The notes beneath the pieces were generated by a model. It saw only the letters and a program-made list of their open reading frames with translations. It had not been told where the DNA came from and ran no database searches. Below are positions 1 through 8,792 of a DNA stretch of 64,000 nucleotides, piece after piece. The stretch covers positions 27,136-91,135 of the forward strand of contig CALWJX010000004.1 in NCBI GenBank assembly GCA_944381085.1, written 5' to 3'. Every line of letters begins with the position of its first letter. Positions within the stretch are counted from its first letter, which is position 1. The translations under genes were made by a program, and so were the position numbers. The DNA is from an uncultured Clostridia bacterium. GTDB taxonomy: Bacteria; Bacillota; Clostridia; Oscillospirales; CAG-272.

Positions 1-563
1 CTAAAGCCTTCCTCTGATATATTAAATACGGAATCAGGGTCGTTACATTCAAGACCGAAATAAAATTCCGCGTCTTTTACTTCTTCATCGTCGGGCAGTT
101 CAAAGCAAAAACTCGCAAGCGCTCCGCCTCCGCCGTCATTCTGCGTTCCGTCAAACAGCACGTTGATTTTTCCGTTGTCGTCCAAGGAACAGGTAAACTC
201 AAGGCTTTTTTTCGCGGAGCCTTTCTGCGCCGAAGTAAATGACATTATTTCGTTATCATAGGTTATCTGCAAAAATATTCCGGCAGTGGGAGTTTTCCCG
301 TCACACAGCAAAGAAAGTATTACGAGACCGAATTCCTTTTGATAAGTTGCTTCAAGATAAAAATGTTCATAATCTTCATCTGTCTCAGAGGCAGTTACAC
401 TGATACCGCATACCTGTACAAGCCGAAAAAAAACGCAGCACAATATAGTCAACCGCAATAATACGCGGTGCTTTTTCAAATACCCGATAAAAAATCCCGG
501 AAAAGGTAATTTTAAAATTTTAACGCGTTTAAAATAATTCCGGATGAACTCAATTACGTACAT
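1..563 (-). CDS. hypothetical protein, N-terminal part; the gene continues past the left window edge
   Basis: My own minus-strand translation from ATG 561-563 is stop-free to position 1 (MYVIEFIRNYFKRVKILKLPFPGFFIGYLKKHRVLLRLTILCCVFFRLVQVCGISVTASETDEDYEHFYLEATYQ...). It has a hydrophobic signal-anchor-like segment. It is missing from the ORF track because no stop lies in the window. Confidence 0.45.
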   Translation of the reverse strand, partial: MYVIEFIRNYFKRVKILKLPFPGFFIGYLKKHRVLLRLTILCCVFFRLVQVCGISVTASETDEDYEHFYLEATYQKEFGLVILSLLCDGKTPTAGIFLQITYDNEIMSFTSAQKGSAKKSLEFTCSLDDNGKINVLFDGTQNDGGGGALASFCFELPDDEEVKDAEFYFGLECNDPDSVFNISEEGF

Positions 564-941
564 CTGTTTATCCTTCTTTACAATTATATATTAATCTCCC
601 GGTTTTGTCAATATCGACAACGAAAGTTTTTATCACAGCCTTATCAATAAAATTTTATTTATAAAAAAATACAATTATAACAAATTATTTATGTAAATTA
701 AAATGATTAATTCCTGATGTACAGGGCAAAATAATTGTGCGGTATACAAAACAAGCCGAATATAATTCGGTACGATCGCATCGGCATGTAACTATACCGC
801 AACAATCCTCACCGAACAGTGTGATTGTTGTAAATCTGTTTAATTGAGGACAATACAAAACCGAGTCAGTAAACTTTATGACATTATATCAAAATCAATT
901 CGGCTCTGTAAAAGTCCCGTATCCATCTCAAAAATAAGTAT

Positions 942-1289
942 TTGGGGATTAATATGCTGAAAAATAAAGTATTGATATCTGCATTGGCACTTTCGCTTAC
1001 CCTGACCGCATTTTCGCTCACCGCATGTACAAACAACGACGACGGCGAAGGGTCAACGACAGCGAAAACCACAGAAAAACAAACAGAAAAAAATACCGAA
1101 AGCCTTTCCGAAATGATATCCGATGCATTAGGCGATTCCACAAAAGAGACAGGCAGCAACGCCAATACCGAAAACAACACAGAAAGTTCTAACGGAACAG
1201 AAAGCGCCACAACTGAAAATTCGTCGGAGTCGGGATCGGCAGACAACAGAGGCAAAAATTATTTTGTAATACCTTATAACGGAAAATAA
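942..1289 (+). CDS. small secreted lipoprotein with a low-complexity T/E/S/N-rich tail
   Basis: Signal peptide plus lipobox (ALSLTLTAFSLTAC). The true start is probably ATG 954 (MLKNKVL) rather than TTG 942. Confidence 0.6.
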   Translation: MGINMLKNKVLISALALSLTLTAFSLTACTNNDDGEGSTTAKTTEKQTEKNTESLSEMISDALGDSTKETGSNANTENNTESSNGTESATTENSSESGSADNRGKNYFVIPYNGK

Positions 1290-1471
1290 AAAATAATTCA
1301 GACCGCAAGCACGTAAAAGGAGCCGCAACAGCGCGGCCCCTTGAGTGTCAGAGGTACATATTTTACTTTGCGGCTTCACTTCGTTTGTGTCGGGAATGTT
1401 GTAGCCAATGCAGTCCACAAATCTGTCTTGTTCGTCGATGGCAATCAAAACATATCGCCGGTGTCCGGATA

Positions 1472-2038
1472 TTAGAAGTATGCCTCCGGATTTACCATAA
1501 GTTCTAAATAGCGGTCATCGTCTGAATCCACAAAATCTCCTACTATTTCGTTAGCATCGACACAACCCATTTTAAGATAAAAGGCAATTGTCTCTGCGGA
1601 TGGGACAGCCGATATAAAAATCTTTTCTGCACCGAGTTTTGTTGCGTGCTCACGAGCTTCTTGCAGAAGCGATTTACCTATTCCGTTTCGTTTCCAATTA
1701 TCATCAACGAATAGCATGGTCAAATTAGCATACTTTACTGATTTTCCGGAAACTGTGCCATCGACACAGCAAAATCCTATCAAACGCTCATTGCAAAAAG
1801 CTCCGACTGTAATACCGCCACGCTCTATTTGCCGGCACATATACTCGGCAATCCATATTCGTTTCTCGGCACTCCACTCACGCAGGATAGAAGCATCTGT
1901 AAGCTCCCAAATATCATTTCGCCTCACCCATTTTTGGGTGATCTTTTGGCTGTGAGCAAATCCAATAAGAAGATTCGGAACAATATCTGTAATATTAAGT
2001 TTCTTTATTTCAAATTTATTTGTTTGATTCATATGCAT
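1472..2038 (-). CDS. GNAT family N-acetyltransferase
   Basis: Acetyl-CoA binding region typical of GNAT (FVDDNWKRNGIGKSLLQEAREHATKLGAEKIFI). Confidence 0.85.
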   Translation of the reverse strand: MHMNQTNKFEIKKLNITDIVPNLLIGFAHSQKITQKWVRRNDIWELTDASILREWSAEKRIWIAEYMCRQIERGGITVGAFCNERLIGFCCVDGTVSGKSVKYANLTMLFVDDNWKRNGIGKSLLQEAREHATKLGAEKIFISAVPSAETIAFYLKMGCVDANEIVGDFVDSDDDRYLELMVNPEAYF

Positions 2039-2316
2039 CCCATTCTTATTCCAGATAATAATCCTTAAGCTACTGATAAGTGCTTTTTTCTGCGCATCTG
2101 TGAAATTTGACTCATCCGTACTCAGATTAATTCAGGTATTGACAATATAAACACCGGTGTTGCCAAACAAATTGGCTTGCAAAAATTCTTTTGCCTTTTC
2201 TAACGGCGGTTATTTTTCGCGATATGCAAACGCATATTTTTCTTGCAAACAGTTCGGCAAGTGCTTCCATAAAAATACTCCATAGCAATGCCTTCTATTA
2301 ATATATTCAAAGCAGC

Positions 2317-3537
2317 TTAATCCTCTGCCCCTGCCTTAAAATTGTAAAGCGGGCGGATAATCTTCAATACCTCGGCCGTGGGGGTGATATTGTCCAGAAT
2401 ATCCCGCATTCCCTTATAAGCCATCGGACATTCGTCCAATGTCGTTTTATTTGCCGATGTAGTATAAATACCCTCCATCTGCTTTTTGAACTCCGACACC
2501 GTAAAAGACTTCTTCGCGTCGGCTCGGCTCAAAAGGCGCCCCGCTCCGTGCGGAGCGGAAAAATTCCAGTCCTCGTTGCCCTTTCCTTCGCAGATCAGAC
2601 TGCCGTCGCGCATATTGATGGGAATAAGTATTCTTTCCCCTTTTCGCGCGGATACAGCCCCTTTGCGTAAAATCATATTGTCCGTATCTATGTAGTTGTG
2701 TATGGTCGTAAACTGTTCTTCGACGTGGAATTTCATTCCTTTGACGATTTCATCCACCATAGCCCGCCGGTTGAGCTCCGCATACTTCTGAACGATTTTC
2801 ATGTCGTGGATATACCTGTCAAACAGATCTCCCGTAACATACGCCATATCTTTCGGAATACTTATCTGTTTTATGTTTTTCAGACGTTTGACTTCTTTCT
2901 GAATATCATTTTGCCGCCCCGCCTTTTTCAATTCGGCAATCATCTGCCGCACGGACGCGTCGTCAGAGTGATTTAATACTTTGTATCCCTCTTCCTGATA
3001 ATATTTTGCGACTTCCAAGCCCAAACGCCTGCTCCCCGAATGAACGACGATATAAATATTTCCTTCGTCGTCTTTGTCCGCTTCAATAAAGTGATTTCCT
3101 CCTCCCAGTGTGCCGATACTTTTTTCCGCACGGGGTACGTCAATGTGCTTAATGCAACACAATTCATCCAGATCAACCTCATCCAGATACCGATGCGGTT
3201 TGTCGCGTATCTCAAATCCGGACGGGATTTTTTCATAAATCAATTTGTCCAGCTTCTGCGGTTCGATATGTGATTCCTTTATTCGGACAATTTCCATACC
3301 GCAGCCGATATCCACGCCGACCAAATTGGGAACAACTTTGTCGGTGACAGTCATCGTCGTTCCGACGGTACACCCCTTACCCGCGTGAATATCGGGCATC
3401 AATCGGATACGACTCCCCGCCGCAAACTCCTGATTGCAAAGCTCTATCACTTGTGAAATAGAAGCATTGTCCACAACGTCGGTAAAAATTTTTGCTTCGT
3501 TATATTTCCCTTTTACTTCTATCATATTTTCTTTCAC
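2317..3537 (-). CDS. rtcB: RNA 3'-phosphate/5'-OH ligase RtcB
   Basis: RtcB hallmark motifs are present: MPDIHAGKGCTVGTT, GGGNHFIE, HSGSRRLG, APHGAGR. The length of 406 aa fits. Confidence 0.95.
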   Translation of the reverse strand: MKENMIEVKGKYNEAKIFTDVVDNASISQVIELCNQEFAAGSRIRLMPDIHAGKGCTVGTTMTVTDKVVPNLVGVDIGCGMEIVRIKESHIEPQKLDKLIYEKIPSGFEIRDKPHRYLDEVDLDELCCIKHIDVPRAEKSIGTLGGGNHFIEADKDDEGNIYIVVHSGSRRLGLEVAKYYQEEGYKVLNHSDDASVRQMIAELKKAGRQNDIQKEVKRLKNIKQISIPKDMAYVTGDLFDRYIHDMKIVQKYAELNRRAMVDEIVKGMKFHVEEQFTTIHNYIDTDNMILRKGAVSARKGERILIPINMRDGSLICEGKGNEDWNFSAPHGAGRLLSRADAKKSFTVSEFKKQMEGIYTTSANKTTLDECPMAYKGMRDILDNITPTAEVLKIIRPLYNFKAGAED

Positions 3538-3715
3538 TTTTTATATAATTTTTTGCATCTCATGTCATCTCATATAATAATTTAACGCCGTCTTTTACAC
3601 TTTCGAGATGTGTTAAAAGCGTAGACAGCTCAATTTGTCGCAGGCGGTATCCGGTCCAGGACCGCTTGCAGCAGCTCAGGCTCGTTCTGCCACTTAAATA
3701 TGACATAAATCCGCT

Positions 3716-4081
3716 TTAATATGATTCTGTCATTTTTGAAATGATGTCATTTATATTCAGCTGTGTGAAGTCGATTTCGTTTATTTTTTCTATCATTGCA
3801 GGAACTCCTACAAAACCACATTGTATATTTGTTTTACAGTATGATTCTATATCTTTATCTTCCATTACAACTCCGCACATTGCGCGTATGATACAATCTT
3901 CCATCGCGTTAATTCTACTATTTAAAGAATCATCATACATATAGCCGAATTTTATCATTGTGTCCTTATTGAGAAAATCGTCAATATTTATTCGTTTTAT
4001 CAGCTTTCGTAATAATCCCCTTTTACCGTTTAACAAAATGTGAAAGTATTCATGGGCTACTGCTGTTTGCTTAAACCGCAA
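3716..4081 (-). CDS. hypothetical protein with an HExxH motif (AT-rich ORF, TTG start)
   Basis: The 121-aa ORF contains AVAHEYFHIL near its N-terminus, and I recognise no family. A good RBS plus ATG at about 4108 opens a different frame that stops after 20 codons, so the start is uncertain or frameshifted. Confidence 0.35.
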   Translation of the reverse strand: MRFKQTAVAHEYFHILLNGKRGLLRKLIKRINIDDFLNKDTMIKFGYMYDDSLNSRINAMEDCIIRAMCGVVMEDKDIESYCKTNIQCGFVGVPAMIEKINEIDFTQLNINDIISKMTESY

Positions 4082-4115
4082 TACGCTGCAAAGAGATGCT
4101 TATTTACTGTCAAAC

Positions 4116-4314
4116 TCATTTGCTTGTCTCTCCTTTCTTTGTCGGTCTGTCGTACTGTATGTAGCGCTCGTTCGTCTTGATATTAACTGTCAATGAAATA
4201 CACTTTTGCTTCGGGTGAGCAGGAACTATCGTAAATATTTGCCCCGGACACAAAATGCAGGATATCCTGCGGCATTTCATTTGGAATTTGATACAACAAT
4301 GTTTTTTCATTCAT
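4116..4314 (-). pseudogene. frameshifted, truncated N-terminal remnant of an aminoglycoside/choline-kinase-type phosphotransferase (APH family)
   Basis: My translation from ATG 4314 gives MNEKTLLYQIPNEMPQDILHFVSGANIYDSSCSPEAKVYFIDS*. This resembles the APH(3') N-terminus (..GMSPAKVYKL..). The similarity continues in another frame (LTVNIKTNERYIQY versus NLYLKMTDSRYKG) and ends at 4116. The catalytic C-terminal part is absent. Confidence 0.4.
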
Positions 4315-4320
4315 CTTTTC

Positions 4321-5775
4321 CTATTTGTGGGAAAGCAGTACTATTGTCTCCACATGCCCCGTACGGGGAAAGAGGTCTACAGGATAAACCTCGCTCAAAA
4401 AATACCCTTTTCGCGCAAAGTAGGCGCAGTCCCGTGCCAGAGTGTCGGGATTGCAGGATACGTAAACAATTTTTTTCACGGAAAAATCCGCGATACAGTC
4501 AATTAGCTCTTTAGTGCTTCCCTTTCTGGGCGGGTCCAATATAACCACATCGGGGACCTGACCGAGCTTTGCCACCACCTCCGAAAAGAGCTTGGAGCTG
4601 TCGCCCGCGTCTCCAAGAAAAAACGACGCGTTTTCGATATTATTTACAGCGGCGTTAACCCTCGCGCATTCTACCGCTTCCGGCACGATTTCAACGCCTG
4701 CCACGGCTTTCACATATTTCGCCATTGAAAGCCCTATACTTCCTATTCCGCAGTACAGGTCGGCAACCGCGGTGTTTTTATCCGCGTCCGCAAGCCGTAA
4801 GGCAAGCTTATAGAGATATTCCGCCATATTCCTGTTTACCTGGTAAAAAGAGTTCGCGGATATTCTCAGCCTGACTCCGCACAAAATATCGTTTATGTAC
4901 GGTTTTCCGCCTATGCAGTATGTACGGTCTCCCATTATCACGTTTGTATTTTTCGTATTGACATTTATCATTATCGATTTTACCGCGCCAAAACGCTTCA
5001 TCAGCTCATCCGCGAAGATATCCTCATACGGAAAAGACTCTGAATTTACCACAAGGCATACCATAATCTCTCCCGTCTGTCTGCCTGTTCGCAGATATAT
5101 GTGTCTCAGTATCCCCTTGCCGCTTTCCTCATCATACGCCGGAATACCGTGTTTTTCCGCGAAGGTTAAAATAAACCCGACTATTTCCGCAAATACAGGC
5201 GGCTGAAGCTTACATTCCCCGCAGGGAATCAGCCTGTGCGAGCCCGAAGCGAAAAACCCCGCTTTTATTCCCTCCTTTGTTTGTCTTACGGGATATTGCG
5301 CTTTGTTTCTGTAACCGGAAATATTATAATCGGAAGCCGTGTCTTTAACGGAGACTTGAAGTCCCGCTTTTCTGAAAGCGTTCCTTACATAATCCCGCTT
5401 TACCTCAAGCTCATATTCATACTTCACATTTCTGTAGCAGCATCCGCCGCACGATTGCGGCGCTTCGCAGACCTCAGCCTCAGTGTCCTTTGCGTCGATT
5501 CTGTGTTTCGACGCCGTTATCAGTCTTTCAAGTCTTGCGACCATATACCGGGAGGTAATTTTAATTATCTTTGCCTCAACCTTATCGCCCGTCACTGCGC
5601 CCGTGACAAAAACCGCTATGCCGTCATGAGTATGTCCAACGCCAGCGCCGAGATTATTCATATCGGTTATCTCGAGCGTAATAACCCCGTTTTTCTTATA
5701 AATCGCGGTTCCCGCGCTATTATCGGGAACGCCTTTTCCGCTCGGAGGCGAATTATCCATAAAGTAATCAGACAT
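4321..5775 (-). CDS. 23S rRNA (uracil-C5)-methyltransferase, RlmD/RumA family (TRAM domain, Fe-S cluster, SAM methyltransferase)
   Basis: It has a TRAM-like N-terminus, a Cys cluster (CEAPQSCGGCCYR and a later CGEC), SAM motifs (DLYCGIGSIG, ILDPPRKG) and SCNPDTLARD. The likely start is ATG 5775 (MSDYF), overlapping the upstream stop in ATGTCTGA. The gene ends with TAG at 4321-4323. Confidence 0.9.
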   Translation of the reverse strand: MSDYFMDNSPPSGKGVPDNSAGTAIYKKNGVITLEITDMNNLGAGVGHTHDGIAVFVTGAVTGDKVEAKIIKITSRYMVARLERLITASKHRIDAKDTEAEVCEAPQSCGGCCYRNVKYEYELEVKRDYVRNAFRKAGLQVSVKDTASDYNISGYRNKAQYPVRQTKEGIKAGFFASGSHRLIPCGECKLQPPVFAEIVGFILTFAEKHGIPAYDEESGKGILRHIYLRTGRQTGEIMVCLVVNSESFPYEDIFADELMKRFGAVKSIMINVNTKNTNVIMGDRTYCIGGKPYINDILCGVRLRISANSFYQVNRNMAEYLYKLALRLADADKNTAVADLYCGIGSIGLSMAKYVKAVAGVEIVPEAVECARVNAAVNNIENASFFLGDAGDSSKLFSEVVAKLGQVPDVVILDPPRKGSTKELIDCIADFSVKKIVYVSCNPDTLARDCAYFARKGYFLSEVYPVDLFPRTGHVETIVLLSHK

Positions 5776-6454
5776 AAAATTCCCTGCCGTCCTCAAGCCG
5801 CAGACATCCCAAAACTCCGCCCCTCATAAGTCCGCAGTCAATGTCAATGCTGCCGTTTCCATAAAAAATTCTTCCGTCTCCGCCGTTTTCCGAGGTTGTA
5901 GGCTCGTGACCGGCTATTATTATTTTGTCATCATAATATTTTTTTCTGAAATCCAATTCCTCGGAGAAAAAATCATCTTCCGTCAGACTGTCGAGATCGA
6001 TATCCGGACTGAAATTTTTTATTCCCGCGTGAATAAGCAAATAATCCTTATCATTCACGGCAATTTCCTCATACAGGGTCATGTCCGAAAGATAGTCCAA
6101 AACACCTTCTTTGGTGTCGGGATCGCTCTTTATAAACTCGTCGAAAAAAGCCTGTCCGCCGTCCTCAAGCCATTCGGTCATACTGCGCAGAAGGGCCGCG
6201 TCGGGCGCAGACTTGCTTTTTTTCAGTTTTTCATACTCCGACAGATATTTCAGCGCCAGAAAATCGTGTTCTCCGGCAATCGAATAAACGTTATATCTTG
6301 TGCTTACATCGTTTAAAAGCTCTATATTCTGTTCTCCGTAATCCACAATATCTCCCAGAAGATATAAATTATCCCTGTCCGAAAATTTAACGGTGTCAAG
6401 CATTTTGCGAAATACGTCATAATTTCCGTGTATATTTGAAATTACATATGTCAT
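5768..6454 (-). CDS. metallophosphoesterase (Ser/Thr phosphatase / ApaH-like)
   Basis: Calcineurin-like motifs: ISNIHGN, LLGDIVDYG, GEHDF, HAG, AGHEPT. Confidence 0.85.
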   Translation of the reverse strand: MTYVISNIHGNYDVFRKMLDTVKFSDRDNLYLLGDIVDYGEQNIELLNDVSTRYNVYSIAGEHDFLALKYLSEYEKLKKSKSAPDAALLRSMTEWLEDGGQAFFDEFIKSDPDTKEGVLDYLSDMTLYEEIAVNDKDYLLIHAGIKNFSPDIDLDSLTEDDFFSEELDFRKKYYDDKIIIAGHEPTTSENGGDGRIFYGNGSIDIDCGLMRGGVLGCLRLEDGREFYV

Positions 6455-6543
6455 AGGCTTACCTTTGCCTTTCTTTTATTTTTCCGTGTTGTAAATTTAA
6501 CCGGTATTTTTACAGTTGTATTCTCCGCTTAAATGTACCCGCT

Positions 6544-7311
6544 TTAAACAATCTCTGTTTTGTTTGAAAAAAATATTTCCGCATAAGTATTCGGACAAAG
6601 TCCGCCTATCGTTTTTTCAAGCATCCTGCATACCGGAAATTCGGTAAAAAAGTGCCCGCCGCACACAATATTTATCCCAAGCTCTCCGCTCATAAGCTTT
6701 TCATGATATTTAAGCTCTCCGGTAAGATATGTGTCGGCTCCCGCTTGCGCCGCGGAAATCAGATCATCCCCGCCGGAGCCGCCCAATACCGCCACTCTCT
6801 TTACATTTTTTCCGCAGCCGATAAGTTCTGTTGCCGGAGCGTTAAGCTTCTCTTTCACATAAGCCGCAAAATCCACGGCTTTCATCTCACGCGCGAGATT
6901 CCCGATTCTCATAATTTTCTCGCCGTTATTTTCAACCGTCCCGACTTCCTCAAGCCCCAACAGAGAAGCAAGGCAGTCGTTGACCCCGCCGCTCAGCGCG
7001 TCAAGTCTGGTATGAAAAGTCGCCACGCTTACGTTTCCCTTAATCAGTCTCACCGCGCGTTTTCCGCTGCAATTAAGAGCCGAAACATTTTCCAAGCCCC
7101 TGAAAAAAAGAGGATGGTGGGCTACTATCAAATCAAAGTTTTCCTCAAGCGCCTTTTCAATCGCGTCATCTGTTACATCGAGAGATATCAGCACTCTATT
7201 TACTTCCTTCTCGGGTTCCGGGCAGACCTCAAGTCCGTCATGGTCCCAAGCGCATGACAACGACCGCGGAATCAATTCATCCAGCTTTTTATATAGTTCC
7301 GAAACATTCAT
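6544..7311 (-). CDS. Nif3-like dinuclear metal centre protein (YqfO-type)
   Basis: Motifs DLIVAHHPLFF, ATFHTRLD and GGHFFTE. The likely start is ATG 7311 (MNVSELY). It is paired with trmK as in Bacillus yqfN-yqfO. Confidence 0.9.
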   Translation of the reverse strand: MNVSELYKKLDELIPRSLSCAWDHDGLEVCPEPEKEVNRVLISLDVTDDAIEKALEENFDLIVAHHPLFFRGLENVSALNCSGKRAVRLIKGNVSVATFHTRLDALSGGVNDCLASLLGLEEVGTVENNGEKIMRIGNLAREMKAVDFAAYVKEKLNAPATELIGCGKNVKRVAVLGGSGGDDLISAAQAGADTYLTGELKYHEKLMSGELGINIVCGGHFFTEFPVCRMLEKTIGGLCPNTYAEIFFSNKTEIV

Positions 7312-7380
7312 AAGATAACCTTTCCTTCTTTCTTCAAAAATCAACAGAGAGTACGCATCTCAAAATCATCAGCCTCACCC

Positions 7381-8097
7381 TTAAGTTTTTTTCGGTCTGT
7401 TCAGCAGATTTTCAAGCTCTCCGACAAGCATAATCTCGCTTTCGGCTACTATTGCCGACCTGTTCTTCCCCTCAATTCTTGCGCTGTAAATCCGGATAAT
7501 GCGCCTTATATACCTTTCGGTAATTTCATCATATCGGGCAAGATATTTTTCAATATTGACCCTTCCCACGAGCGCCTCGCGTAAACCGCACTCACGTATC
7601 TTACCGTCATATGAGGCTTTGATTATCCGGTACATTCTGTCGTCCCTTTCCGGACTTGTCGAGCAAATTATCTCATCCTCTACACAAAAACCGTTATTCA
7701 AAAGATAAGTATACAAAAGCTCGGCATGTGTCATTGGCTGTAAAATCAGCTTTATTTTCCCGTCCTTCACCCATTCCGCCTTATCAATGATTGAAATGAT
7801 GAGCTCTCCTCCCATTCCGAGAATAGTTATATGGTCAGGGTTAAAGGCAAACACGCCGTTCAGACCGTCTGCCTTAAGCGTCTGTATTCTGTCGCTCATT
7901 CCGTACTCGCGTATATTCTCTTTCGCCGCCAAAACAGGGCCCACGTTTAAATCAGAAGCAAGCGCGCGTGAAACAATGCCCTTGCCGCACAAATATATGG
8001 GCAGATACGCGTGGTCGCTGCCAATGTCGGCAAGTCTCGCCCCGGGGCTGACAAGTGACGCGGCGGAGCGCAGCCTTTCGTCTATTGTAGGCAACAT
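7381..8097 (-). CDS. trmK: tRNA (adenine22-N1)-methyltransferase TrmK
   Basis: N-terminal RLADIGSDHAYLPIYL motif and a GMGG motif. The likely start is ATG 8097 (MLPTIDERL). It is syntenic with the Nif3 gene. Confidence 0.85.
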   Translation of the reverse strand: MLPTIDERLRSAASLVSPGARLADIGSDHAYLPIYLCGKGIVSRALASDLNVGPVLAAKENIREYGMSDRIQTLKADGLNGVFAFNPDHITILGMGGELIISIIDKAEWVKDGKIKLILQPMTHAELLYTYLLNNGFCVEDEIICSTSPERDDRMYRIIKASYDGKIRECGLREALVGRVNIEKYLARYDEITERYIRRIIRIYSARIEGKNRSAIVAESEIMLVGELENLLNRPKKT

Positions 8098-8266
8098 AAT
8101 TTGTCCTTTTGATTTTGATGATTCCAATTCGGTTTTAAACACAGTATAAACTCCGCAAAATAAGTACCGCAAAACGCAAAATAAGATATCGATTTATTTT
8201 CCGACGCTTAAAATTATTTAAAAACGGTTCGGGTTCACCTGAAAATGCCCCCGAACCGCAAATCAA

Positions 8267-8467
8267 TTATTTTTCGCTGAGATATTTATTTATTTTACTT
8301 ACAAGTTCATCGGCGTCCGTACCGTGAACGGCGCAAGCCTCTTCAATCGACTCGCCGCGCGAGGCAGGGCACCCGAGGCAATGCATACCTATTTCAATGA
8401 AAAATTCGGCGGTTCCCTGGTCATAATCAAGGATATCCCCAATCAACGATTCTTTATTTACTTTCAT
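8267..8467 (-). CDS. DUF1858 / hybrid-cluster-protein-associated redox disulfide domain protein
   Basis: A 66-aa protein with the characteristic GMHCLGCP motif and a typical overall pattern (TIGDIL..D...A..F...GMHCLGCP). Confidence 0.75.
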   Translation of the reverse strand: MKVNKESLIGDILDYDQGTAEFFIEIGMHCLGCPASRGESIEEACAVHGTDADELVSKINKYLSEK

Positions 8468-8792
8468 TTATCTTACCTCCATATTTCTAAATCCAACAAT
8501 ATTATATAATTTTTATAACACTTTGTCAAGTGAAGTTTGATTTTTTTTACCGCAGTAAAAAAATATTTACTTTTATTATGCCATGAACTCTTTATTTTTA
8601 TTAAAAAAAATGGTATAATGTATAATCGCAAGCTGTATGTTGCGGTTTTTCACACCGAATCGTCCGGTAATTATTCGGGTTGTTTTATATACCGCAGCAC
8701 GATTTTTATTTAAAGCAATCGAATAAATTTTGTTTTTATGTAAACAGGCAAAAATTTTTTCCGATCATTTAAAAATTTAAGGATATATAAAA

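Noticed and set aside
1128-1448. 106-aa minus-strand ORF downstream of the GNAT gene
   Set aside because: It reads straight through a minus-strand terminator-like hairpin (GGCCGCGCTGTTGCGGCTCCTTTT at about 1325-1352). It then runs antisense into the lipoprotein gene. At most a short 5' portion could be real.
3706-3714. tRNA-like 5' end (GCGGATTTA on the minus strand) near the GC-rich hairpins upstream of rtcB
   Set aside because: No D-arm, anticodon arm or GTTCGAATC-type T-arm follows, and no cloverleaf can be drawn.
5236-7257. Plus-strand ORFs of 197, 136 and 201 aa (5236-5829, 5906-6316, 6652-7257)
   Set aside because: All are antisense shadows of the methyltransferase, metallophosphoesterase and Nif3 genes, and none carries a recognisable motif. 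The same reasoning applies to 55459-56118 (opposite lspA), 54334-54876 (opposite rluD) and similar track entries.
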